Below are positions 1 to 10,736 of a DNA stretch of 64,000 nt, piece by piece. The notes below the pieces were generated by a model, which had not been told where the DNA came from, did not search any database, and saw only the letters and a list, made by a program, of their open reading frames with translations. Position 1 is the stretch's first letter; each line of letters begins with the position of its first letter. Origin of the DNA: Octopus sinensis (lineage: Eukaryota); the NCBI RefSeq assembly GCF_006345805.1, contig NC_043016.1, positions 27,218,001 to 27,282,000 of the forward strand, written 5' to 3'. The position numbers and the translations under genes are program-made.

Positions 1-810
1 TCTGACTGATCCTTACAAGCATGGAAAAGTCAATGTGGGTAGTGATTTTTCCTTTCTCTGTTTGAAGTTAGGGTACTCCTAATATTGTACCGCTGGTGGC
101 TTACAAAGTTAGGGTTAGGTGCTGTATTTTGGGGTGGGGGGTGATGGTTCCGATTTTTAGATGGGTGTGAATCAGTGTTTGAGTGTTGTTTAGAATTTCG
201 TATTTTCAGGAAAGGGTTGTTGGAAGCATGCTCTGTTTGAAAGATGGTTTCTAGTTTGAGAACCAAGAGATGCTTTTCTCCCAGCGTTGGAGGGATTTCA
301 GTTCTTCTTTAACACAATTCTTTTTCCATAGTTTGGAGATCTTGTGAATTTGTGTTTCAGGTTCATCTGTAATGGCTTTGATCTGGAATTTATGTGGGAG
401 AATTAATGGTGTCCAATTGAACCATTTTTCATATACATCAAAAGAGATATCTCAAGAATTCAATCACTACTACCATCCACAAGTCACTTTCAGGGCACTT
501 GACCATTTAACATCCTACTACTATCATGGCACTCCCACATTCTTCTTCTTCTCCTCCTCCTCCTTCCTCTTCTTCCCTGCCAAGAATTCACAATGACCTC
601 AAACCCACAAGAGTAAACAAGAGAGACAGAAACAAGGAAAATGCCCCTTGTGTCTGAATACTATGCAAATATTCTTTTGAAAAATTTTTCTTTGAATTTT
701 TCCAAAATTTAATTGTTTCCCATACTTATAGTTGAAAAAGTCTCAATGACTGAAACCGGTACTGAAATGTTTTTTATAAAATTATTTTAGCATTTTCTAC
801 CTTGACTTTT
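1..810. mobile_element. Probable Penelope-like retroelement remnant
   Basis: Decayed coding-like sequence at 1-600 followed by a 3' segment holding the hammerhead motif at 726-767. No diagnostic RT or GIY-YIG motif was read. Confidence 0.3.
726..767 (+). ncRNA. Minimal type-I hammerhead-like motif with U3:A8 core variant (Penelope pLTR type)
   Basis: ttatag-TTGAAAA-agtc(tcaat)gact-GAA-ACCGGT(palindrome)-A|ctgaaa; stem I 5/6 paired. Confidence 0.55.
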
Positions 811-864
811 TTTTTCCAGATATATATATGTATGTATATATATATAAAAGAATTCAATACATAC

Positions 865-991
865 CAAAAGGTACAATATTCTGCATTTCCACTCTGAACA
901 TTCCAGTAGCGACATCACTACAAGTCCATAAATTACGAGCCTTTTCAACGCAGCCTGGTTCTAATCCTGGTTCTGGTTCAGGAGAGTCATT
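865..991 (-). CDS. TRAPPC11: TRAPPC11 coding exon 16 (NDSPEPEPGLEPGCVEKARNLW...MQNIVPF); gene continues beyond the left edge
   Basis: Aligns to NESPDPEPDC...AQKLW...QDFVPF; tatttcag acceptor; G|gtatgt donor; 127 nt, phase 0->1. Confidence 0.93.
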
Positions 992-2235
992 CTGAAATAG
1001 ACATATATCTATAATAATCAAAAATGGATACGTAATAATGTTATCGGAGGCTGTTTAATGTATTTTCTTCCACTACTTACTCTGCCCATGCTAGTACAGT
1101 TTGGACTGATATTTATATAAAACATTATCATGGCCAGATGCCTTTCCTGTTACCAACCCTTACTTGTTTCTCATGTAAGGGATTTTTTTCATTCCAGAAT
1201 TCTGAGTTATTCCAAAGTGCAGAATACATTGACAATGAATGTAAACATGGACATCATATTTGCTGCTCAGATGGTCCCATGTGAAAATGCAGAACATTTA
1301 CACACACACACACACACACACTTTATATATACCTATGAAAAACTTTGTTTTTTTAACTGTAGAACTCAAGGTAAAGCTATAAATAACGGCATGCAAATAT
1401 TGGGTTAAAGACTCTTTCCTATTGCTCAAATTCAGTTTTGAAATATAGGGTGGCTGGAGGTCAAAAGTAGACCTGGCCAAGGTGACAAGCAATTTTTGTC
1501 TCCACATAATCATTCTTGTAAGCACAAGTTCTTTCCTATGAATACACTTATACCAGTTTCAGTTTCTGTTATTAAGTTTAGGGCCATCATTACAATTGTC
1601 TCTAGTTGCTAAAGGGTCAGCATTTTGTACTTTCTTAGTGTACTGGAAGTGATGTGCTCAATCACACATGCTTTTAATCTTACCAAGCTCGACCAAGCTA
1701 GGCATTATTATGTAGGTACCAGTAATACAATGGTTCAGAAGGACATCTTTCAAGAACATGCAAACTCACAAAATAACCTAAAAACTGTTCAGCTCAAGGT
1801 TAGGCTTGATCACGTTTAATCTTGAGAGTGCTGCCTAAATTTGTTTAAGATGGCAGGGTGTGATCTGAAGAATACTTTGCTTTTTCTAACAGGTAGATCA
1901 ACGATGTAGAGGCTTCCTTGATGAGTAAAAATACTGAAAAGGTGTAATATTAGATGATGATGATTGATAATAAAGAATCTCACTGCATGGCAGCTTAGAC
2001 AAGTGGCTTGGGTTGCTCAATGCCTTGTGAAATTGGGAAATGGCAACTGTATGGAAGCCAGTCTCCAACACATATAAAGACATTGAGTAAAGCACATTAG
2101 AGTGAGAAACAAGTAAAGCTTGGCATAATGAGGGGCATTTTGGCTGCAGGATATTGCCTCAAAAAACAGAAAAAAAAAAACCCTCTCCAATTTGGAAAGA
2201 GCAGATATAAAAATGAAACATCGTTGAATACTCAC

Positions 2236-2297
2236 AGACATAACACGGATGAAATTCATTAAAATTCTTGTTTTCTCTTCAACAGAGCAGCAGATAT
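2236..2297 (-). CDS. TRAPPC11: TRAPPC11 coding exon 15 (HICCSVEEKTRILMNFIRVMS)
   Basis: Aligns to TLKDDQKSRIEKNLINVLM; TCT|gtgagt donor; 62 nt, phase 1->0. Confidence 0.9.
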
Positions 2298-2505
2298 CTA
2301 AAGTCATATTTAAGGAAATAATTTCTTTTCGGGAGAAGAAAACACTTAAACAAAAAACAAACAAATAAACAAAATCTGAAGAATATGTGTTTGGTTGGAA
2401 TATGAAAATATCTGTTGTTTCTTTATTTAGAGAGCAAATACGGTGTTGAAGCAAATTTATAAATAATAGCTTACAATACAAAAGCAAAATTCTTTAGAAG
2501 GATAC
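2298..2505 (-). other. TRAPPC11: U12-type (minor spliceosome) GT-AG intron of TRAPPC11
   Basis: 5' site GTATCCTTC (consensus RTATCCTTT); branch-like TTCCTTAAA about 12-19 nt before the AG; no long polypyrimidine tract; reading frame of the flanking exons is continuous. Confidence 0.85.
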
Positions 2506-2651
2506 GTTCTCCGGTAAGCTCAAGACATACAGTAATATAGTCATGGACTTTGGCAGTTAGGTAAGCACATTTCAATGATGTTTGTAAGAGATGTGTAAGT
2601 GGAGGTCGCCATCTTTCAACACGGTAGTCCCACATCACTTTATTTAACATC
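2506..2651 (-). CDS. TRAPPC11: TRAPPC11 coding exon 14 (MLNKVMWDYRVERW...CAYLTAKVHDYITVCLELTGE)
   Basis: Within ORF 2471-2695; gtgtttag acceptor; donor C|gtatccttc (U12-type); 146 nt, phase 2->1. Confidence 0.93.
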
Positions 2652-3013
2652 CTAAACACAAAATGAAAAGATATGTTTATATTCATTATCTGCATGTGTG
2701 TGTGTGTGTGTATAAATATATATATATATATAAATTCAAAGCTACATGTTTCAGTATCATGGTAATTTATTTACACAATGTATTACATTTCTGTCATGTA
2801 CGCATATACAGACATATTCACATGTACTCCTATATTACAGAAGCATTGCACTTCTGAAAAATCTTGCTGTCATGCAATGTTTTGTAACATGAAACTGGTT
2901 TCCCCCATTTGCTTTCCAGTGATGTGGAAATCAATGAATATGGAATCAACAGGAAAATACATTTTGCTCTATGGAACTCCATATAGCAAAACACTCAGTG
3001 GTCTAAACATTCC

Positions 3014-3045
<32 letters not shown>

Positions 3046-3114
3046 ACATATATAACATAACATAACATATAATATAACATATATAACTTATATTATATAT
3101 AACATATATAACTC

Positions 3115-3147
<33 letters not shown>

Positions 3148-3719
3148 ATATAATATATGTATAATGCATATATAACATATATAATATAAATATATCGATC
3201 TCAGAAGGATGCGAGGTAAAGCTGAGCTCGGCAGGATTTGATCTCAGAGCATAGGATCCCAGAAGGAATACCACAATACAATCGGTTCAATATTCTAACA
3301 ATTTTGCCAATCCTTTAAATATTTAAATATCCAAGTAAAGTTATTCTTAGTTAAATTATCAGTCTTTAGACTATAATCCTCATCTTCAGAGATGAGGGCT
3401 TTTTTTTTTGTAGTTGGGGAGGGTATTTACATCTCCAATGTTTTAATTGAAGAACAAACTAACCCAAACATATCATCATCATCATCGCTGTTTTAATGCC
3501 TGCGTTTCCATGGTCTGGAGTAAATTGGAGCAGAGTTTTTTTATGGTTGAATTCATTCCCTGTCACCAACCTCACTTGTTTCCAAGTGGAAAAACATAGG
3601 TTTACATTTCTAAAATTGAGGCTAACACTATATAAAAATGTTAAGATTTAATAACCAGCCAATTTATGATTTTATTCAGTAGATTCTTAGTTTATATGGA
3701 AACAATTTTACAGACTTAC

Positions 3720-3774
3720 ATCAAAGCTTTATTGTAGTCTTTGGCATGGAAATATTCTTCTCCCATCTGCACCA
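3720..3774 (-). CDS. TRAPPC11: TRAPPC11 coding exon 13 (MVQMGEEYFHAKDYNKALM)
   Basis: VQMGEEY motif; ctttacag acceptor; AT|gtaagt donor; 55 nt, phase 1->2. Confidence 0.95.
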
Positions 3775-4712
3775 CTGTAAAGACATAATAAATCAGAGAC
3801 TATAGCAGAATGAAGATGATTTAAGAGAGATACACAACTACGGTATAAACATTCTAAAGACTAAAACAGATATAGAGAAGGTCAATAAACATTCATTGTA
3901 CAGGCATACAACATGCACATGTAGATTGTGAACACATCATCATCGTTTAACATCCGCTTTCCATGCTAGCATGGGTTGGACGGTTCAACTGGGGTCTGGG
4001 AAGCCTGAAGGCTGCACCAGGCCACGCTCGGATGGTGTTTTTTTATGTGCCACCGACACAGGTGCCAGACGAGGTTGGCGAACGGCCACGCTTGGATGGT
4101 GTTTTTTACGTGCCACTGGCACGGAGGCCAGGCGAGGCTGGCACGGCCACAATCGGATGGTGTTTGTTACGTGCCCACAGCACGGAGGCCAGTCGATGCG
4201 GTACTGGCTACGGCCATGTTCGGATGGTTTTCTTATGTGCCACAAAACTACAAATTCCATTGATGTTCATCGATTTTGATTTGATTTGATTTTGATCATT
4301 AACATAATGTATGTGTCACCCTACATTCAACAAACACAACATAGACAACACACACACATAAAGATACAAAGCACACATATATGAAGGCAAAAGAGTGAGA
4401 GGGAGAGGAAGAGAGAGACTATTATGTGATCACTTGCCTTGTTAGAAATAGCAATCACGTCTCTCTCAAGTAACACTAATGTAAACCTAGAACCATTATG
4501 TTTGAGAAACTCAAAACAACTGGACAGTCACACCACTGAAAAGAAGCCTTCAAGATTACTGCTGATGCTAAATGTGCATGCATGCATACATGCACACACA
4601 CACAAATATATACATATAACCTTATATGTGGTTGCTAGAGCAGCCAGAAATAGCAGCTGAATCTTTCTCATATATCAGTCAATTAACTTTAAAAAAGGGA
4701 AAGGTTTATTAT

Positions 4713-4985
4713 ATAACGCAATTCTAGGTAACTAACGGGGGTGGGTGGGGAACACAGGATGGCCATGGCTGAAATGCCTTTGAATATAGGTCTTCTCAAC
4801 AACATATACACATGCATATTATGGCAACAACATCAATAAATGAACAATAACGCAATTCTAGGTAACTAACGGGGGTGGGTGGGGAACACAGGATGGTCAT
4901 GGCTGAAATGCCTTTGAATATAGGTCTTCTCAACAACATATACACATGCATATTATGGCAACAACATCAATAAATGAACAATAAC
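4713..4985. repeat. 134-bp direct tandem duplication (2 copies, 1 mismatch)
   Basis: Units start ataacgcaattctagg at 4713 and 4847. Confidence 0.95.
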
Positions 4986-4995
4986 TCAAACTTAC

Positions 4996-5074
4996 TTAAA
5001 TGTCTTTTCATTCTTGGAGACTTGTATTTTTTGAACTGAGCCACGGCACTACTTAACTGAGGAATGATAATCCA
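4996..5074 (-). CDS. TRAPPC11: TRAPPC11 coding exon 12 (WIIIPQLSSAVAQFKKYKSPRMKRHL)
   Basis: AVAQFKKYK motif; tttgtag acceptor; A|gtaagt donor; 79 nt, phase 0->1. Confidence 0.95.
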
Positions 5075-5762
5075 CTACAAATAAATAATAAGACTGAATT
5101 TATATATGTATAAAACATCATTTGACATTCACTTTTCCATGGGGCAGACAGAATTTGCTGAAGCAGATTTTCTATGGCCAAAGTTGATAGAATAAGGGAC
5201 AGAAAATGTTCCATTAATATATACAATCTATCTATATATATATATATATAAATATAAAGAAATGTGGATGCAAGGCAAACTTCACCTATGCCTGTATATG
5301 AATAATATAAATAAATATACATACATACCTTTCACATACAGTAAACTAAATATGATATACACATACAACTATGTTTTCAAATTAAACTATGACCTCACTT
5401 ACTAAACTACACTATTAATGTTATGCTAGATGGTATTTCAAAAAAAATTTTGTCTTGTCCAAATTTACCATCTCAACACCTGTACAAATTAGTATACTTA
5501 CTGCCATTAAGTAATTCTATGCTGTCTTCAGTTAGTCAAGAGACAAGCTAGACATCCAATAGATTTAAAACTAATATCAGCCTTTGAAGTTATAAAAATT
5601 CACACAATATTGCTAACATCTTAGAAAAAGATGTGTGTTAAACATCATATTGTTTTACATTATATATTCACATTTTACCTAATGCAAAAAAGGTTCTCTA
5701 TGGCAAATTATCAGTGAATACTCCTTTATACAAGCCAAATATAGCCCAAACATAATTGAATT

Positions 5763-7280
5763 GTTCTAAATGTTTGATTATTTTCAACACTGATTTTGTG
5801 TGCAAACTACATTTTGTGTCTGGGGAGAGTTATATTGTCTTAATGCCTTATTATCCAAACACACTCATTGGTTCGATTTCCACTCATTTACTATTTATAT
5901 ATTTTTTCTTCCAAAATTTTTGTGGCTTTTGTAACCTTGCCAATTGATGTTGACATTAAGACTGTATGACTCTTCCCAAACACAACAAAATTTGCTTCAA
6001 CACATGAATTCACAAAGTATTTTTCAAATCAGATACAAAAACAAAGTACATTTTGTATTTTGAACTATTTACAAATACAAAAAAAAACAGTCAATTTTTG
6101 TTTACCTAAAATTATGAAAAATGACTTTAGCCAAAATATCCTTTATTTTCATTTTATTTTCTTTTTGTGTAAGTCGGACAATCTAAAGAAAGAAATAAAG
6201 CTAAAAAATAACTAAGACCACCAGCTTCTTATAATATATATTTCAGGTACAAAGGCTAATTCATCAGAAGTGAACAGAGTAAAGAAATGTGACATTTCTT
6301 TACTCTGTTCTCTAACTTGCCTTGTTTGCATTGTAAGAAACTCTCCATCTTTACCAATTGTTATTAAACTTCTTAATCTATCACAAGCTACAATGCACTT
6401 CAATCTGGAGAAAGCATTGATTCTGAATATGATGAAAATTATTTAGATATCAAGAATGCGTATGGCTACATTCCAGATTGCAGTGGCGGGGTGGGGTGGG
6501 GGTGAAAATGAGTAATAACAAAATTATATTACATACCGAATGATCTACATCTCTTTCCATATTTTGAAGAGCCATAATACCTTCCTTTTCTTTCTCAATA
6601 TCAGGAGGATCAATACCTGGAAAAAAAAAGAAAAGAAATAAAATAGGGAGTAACAATTATATTCTTTTAATTTTTTACTTGTTTCAGTCATTAGATTTCA
6701 GCCATACTGGGGCAAAATTTTGAAGAGTTTAGTCAAACAAATTGACTCCACCACTTATTTTCTTAAAGCATGGTACTTTTTATAATTAATCTCTTTTGCT
6801 GACCTCGTAACTTACATAGGTATAAACAAATCAACACCAGTTGCCAAGTGGTGGTAGTAGACAAACACAAACATACATGCACATAGATACATAAATGGAC
6901 ACATACACAATCAGTGTCTTTCTATTTTCCTCTGCCAAATCCATTCACAAGATTTTTGTTGGCTTGGAGCTCTAGAAAGTGATAGTTGCCTAATGAGCCA
7001 TGCAGTGGAATTGAATCCAGAACCATATAGTTCTAAATGTTTGATTATTTGCAACACTGCTTTTGCATGTAAACTACATTTTGTATCTTGGGAGACTCAT
7101 ACTGTCTTAATGCCTTATTATCTAACACACTCACCGGTTTGATTTCCACTCATTTATTATTAATATATTTTTTCTTCGAAAATTTTTGTTCCTTTTGCAA
7201 CCTTGTCAATGGATGTTGACATTAAGGCAGTATGATTCTTCCCAGACAATAAAATTTGCTTCAACACATGAATTCAAACT
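5763..7280 (+). repeat. Two direct copies (5763-6018 and 7031-7280) of a ~250-bp element flanking TRAPPC11 exon 11
   Basis: Both start gttctaaatgtttgattatt and end aaatttgcttcaacacatgaattca. Confidence 0.85.
6537..6616 (-). CDS. TRAPPC11: TRAPPC11 coding exon 11 ([26 protein letters not shown])
   Basis: tttttccag acceptor; TCG|gtatgt donor; 80 nt, phase 1->0. Confidence 0.93.
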
Positions 7281-7541
7281 TCTCACCACACAGCCACCTA
7301 TATCCTTAATACATTTCAATAATTCTTTAAAAAATTTTCATAATCCTTGCTTCAGGTTTATATTACTCTTTTATAAATTCCAGCAAGCTGGCAGCAAGGT
7401 AATGGCTATGTGGTTGGGAAGCTTGTTTCCCAACCACATTGTATTGGGTTGGGTCCCATTGTATGGCACCTCAGCACTGGGTCAACCAAAGCCTTGTGAT
7501 GGATATGGTAGATGAAAACTGAAAGAACCCTGGTATATATA

Positions 7542-7793
7542 TAGGGGGTAGTGGTGCAAAAGTAGGTTTACAGTTATGAAAAAAGAAAACACATACAATA
7601 CTCATTTATTTTTTATCAAAAAAAATAAAAGTTACAATAAAAGTATTATTATAGTTATGATTAATGTATTATGATAAATGACACTGAAAATATCAAAAAT
7701 GAATCTAGCTTTTAATTTTTTCAATAAAAACGAGTATTGTACATGGGGTCTTTTTTTTATAACTGTATACCTACTTTTTCACCCACCCCTGTA
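7542..7793. mobile_element. Tc1/mariner-type MITE
   Basis: TA-flanked TIRs ggggtagtggtgcaaaagtaggtttacagttat / ataactgtatacctactttttcacccacccctg. Confidence 0.7.
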
Positions 7794-8405
7794 TGTATAT
7801 ATGCATGTGTGCATCCATGTTTCAGTATTCTATTATCTTCAGCCTTTCATGGGAGAAATTTTACCTTGTCTGGAAACAGGCTAAGTGTTGGCAACAGTGT
7901 GTGTGTGTGTGTGATAGTGGAGAGGAACAAAAAATAAATCCATGAACTCAAAACGGCTTATATCCTTATTGAGTAGGTATAACTTGAAGGCTCAAACTGT
8001 TCACTATATAATGGTGATGATGATTATTTTCAGCTAGACAGCAGGTATCCCTAGGCATTTTCCTTTAATTTATCATGCCATTCAGTGATTATTTGCAGAA
8101 CTCTTTATGTATATTTCTAATTATTCAGGGAGCGATAGTCAGGCTTTGCCTTGCTGCTGAGGTCTGACAAGATCAAAATATTCTCAGCATTGTCACCACA
8201 GCAATAGCAGCACAAGTACAGTGTAACAGTTTTAAAAATAATTAGGCAGTTTCCTTAAAAAAAAACCCAAAAGACAAAAAACCCTCTATTATTAAAGAAC
8301 TGAGGTAACCTGCTTTTTAAAAATAGGGGTCATGGAGAGAGAGAGAGTGAGAGAGAGAGAGTGAGAAAGAAAGAGAGAGAGTGTGTACAAAAAAATGTCA
8401 CTTAC

Positions 8406-8496
8406 TTTGATGTCCTTGTCTCCAGGGTCTTTGACCATAAAAATCTAAATTGCCCAAATTTTCAAGTGGATTCCAGTTAAGTTGACTAGTTACAGG
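8406..8496 (-). CDS. TRAPPC11: TRAPPC11 coding exon 10 (PVTSQLNWNPLENLGNLDFYGQRPWRQGHQ)
   Basis: LDFYGQRxWRQG motif; ttcattcag acceptor; A|gtaagt donor; 91 nt, phase 0->1. Confidence 0.93.
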
Positions 8497-9411
8497 CTGA
8501 ATGAAGAAAATAACCGAAATTACAATGAACAATTTGAAACTCTATAAGGTATAATGGAACAATCACATGAAATATATGTCATGATCTTTATTATCAACAA
8601 AATAAGTTTCTAATTACAATGGAACTAAATTAGAAATTAACAAGCAACTTTTATATTCTTTACAAAAAATTATTAATCCAATTATTTCTGAGGTCAAAAT
8701 GCGTGTCCAACCTTTGTTTTTACTTGAAGTAAAAACAAATAAACACAATGGATATCATCTTTGGAACCTGTTGTCATCTTATAGGTTCACTGCTGTATCA
8801 CTACCATCTACTGATGGTATCACTGTGAGCAGTATCACTACCATCTACTGCCATCACCATCATCAATGCAACAATACCCACTGCTGCCATTAGCTGCTAG
8901 TGTCTATGTTTTTACATCAACACCACACACACACACACACACACAGACATCTGTGTGATTGGTAGGGTAGTCAGATAGAGAAAAAAAAACTGTATTTATA
9001 GACATACATAGCAAAGGCAGCCAGTTTGTTCTATTGCTGTTCTGAATACTCAATGACAAAGAAACCCAGTGAGTTATAAGATGCCAACTTTTAAAAAGAT
9101 TCAAATACATTACGACAATGGTGATGATTATATAAATAGGATTCCAAGGAGTAGTTTTCAACGCAAAACCATATTCTGATTGTCGCATTTTACTAATCTT
9201 GCACAATGAACAATCTTTATAGTTTTTATGTCTAAATTCTTCCAAGGGTTTTCAAATCTCAAGTTGATTTGATTTGAAGCTATTTGGCCACTTCAACTGA
9301 TGTTGCACATAGAACTTCTATTGGAGGCAACAAAAACAATTATATAGTATCAGCAATACTGCCCTCCAGATAGTTTTTCGCCTCTCTCTCTCTCTCTCTC
9401 ATATATACATA

Positions 9412-9754
9412 AACAATTATAAATAAGGGCAAAAGAAAAATTTTCTAATGCCAATATGCTGAGAAATAGATTTTAAATCATCAACCACCACAATCTTTAT
9501 GGGTGCTTGTAAGTATTTCATATATTTCTTATCATATTCTCTGCTGATGAGTGGAAAAATCTGCTGGATTAATCCCAAAATTGTTCGATACAGAGATAAT
9601 GAATTAAAAAGAAAAAATTCTGTTACCTTGCTTTCAAGTCAACATGATGTGTATTTATAGTGATGTATATTGTATGTGGTGATTGATGATTTAAAGTCTA
9701 TTTCTCAGCATATTGGCATAGAATTTTTTTCTTTTGCTCTTATTTATAATTGTT
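9412..9754. mobile_element. Inverted-repeat (foldback) element, about 80-bp arms 9412-9493 and 9675-9754
   Basis: aacaattataaataagggcaaaagaaaaa...aaatcatcaaccaccaca is the reverse complement of the right arm with few mismatches. Confidence 0.75.
9536..9600 (+). ncRNA. Degenerate type-I hammerhead motif at the centre of foldback element 9412-9754
   Basis: ttctctg-CTGATGA-gtgga...tccc-AAAA(G12 lost)-ttg tt cga-TA|cagaga; 6-bp stem I. Confidence 0.55.
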
Positions 9755-9841
9755 TATAATTTCCACCTTAAAAGGTATTTTTAATATGCTGGCCACTTGA
9801 TGAAATTTTGGAAAAATTTTATCCTATATTAGAAGTAAATT

Positions 9842-9873
<32 letters not shown>

Positions 9874-9912
9874 AGAGATGACAAAGGAATAAGCAATAAT
9901 CCTATGAACTCC

Positions 9913-10000
9913 ATTAGCTTACAGCTGTTTCTGCTATAAGATACAGTGGATTCATAGTTGAGTACCTGAGTAACACCTTATAGCTTCATCAGAGTCTAAA
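9913..10000 (-). ncRNA. Well-preserved type-I hammerhead motif, sense to TRAPPC11 pre-mRNA (intron 9)
   Basis: Minus strand: ttagact-CTGATGA-A-GCTATAAG(36-nt loop)CTTATAGC-A-GAA-ACAGCTGT(palindrome)-A|agctaa. Confidence 0.7.
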
Positions 10001-10340
10001 ACACGAAGTCCAATTTATTTTGGAAAAATAAGAATTCTTTACTTATTACTGCACTGTACCTGACTAACACTGAGTTCTATACCAGGTTATTAGTGTTGCA
10101 ATGTCTAAATGAAATATTAAAACATACATAGTGAAAAATGATCTTCACGTGTTGAACCTCACAAAGAAGATAAAAGAGAGATATGATTGGCAAGTTAAAC
10201 AGTTGTGTAATGATCTCAGGTGTCCTGCAAATCCATATATAAATCCACTTGACACAAAAACACATTATGTATATTTTTAAGTTTATATATACATATATAT
10301 GTTCATATGTATAGAGTGCTTGAAGTGGTGTACAGATATT

Positions 10341-10534
10341 GTATACTGAGAAAAAGGAGGCAGTCAGAATTTTGAATAATTCTTTATAAGTGATTTTGTT
10401 TGTTAACCAAACTCTTCAAGATGAAAATTAAGACCACTTTGGTCTTAATTTTTGTCTTGAAGAACTTGGTTAACAAACGAAAGTTCTAATAAAAAAATTA
10501 TCCTAAATTCTGACTGCCTCTTTTTTCTCAATAC
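10341..10534. mobile_element. Foldback element with a hammerhead-like motif in each arm (Penelope-like inverted pseudo-LTR)
   Basis: About 95-bp imperfect arms around gacc-acttt-ggtc. Each arm reads TTGAAGA-gtttg(gttaa)caaac-GAAA-like followed by an AGTACT-like palindrome. Confidence 0.55.
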
Positions 10535-10594
10535 ATAAACATATATCTATATATAACTCTCTTCCTCTCTCTCACTCTATGCAGATATACTTAC

Positions 10595-10736
10595 TTTACA
10601 AAGTTGACCGCAGAGCGATTTACGGGCAATAGACAGATTGGCAGCATGCTGATAATAGAAACCTGGGTGTTGTGTCTGAATTGCTGTCAAACCTAGTTTT
10701 ATAGCTTCATCAAATAAATCACCAAATACTTGAAAT
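10595..10736 (-). CDS. TRAPPC11: TRAPPC11 coding exon 9 ([32 protein letters not shown]...LCK)
   Basis: Highly conserved [19 protein letters not shown] motif; tttgtacag acceptor; AAA|gtaagt donor; 142 nt, phase 2->0. Confidence 0.97.

Noticed and set aside
3963-4289. Overlapping ORFs and ~62-bp periodic repeats resembling a CRISPR-like array
   Set aside because: Units are degenerate RTE 3'-UTR repeats with no unique spacers and no cas genes, in a eukaryotic context.
6212-6403. 63-aa ORF with acceptor-like site as a TRAPPC11 exon
   Set aside because: Phase is incompatible with exon 11, there is no TRAPPC11 similarity, and the true next exon is 4996-5074.
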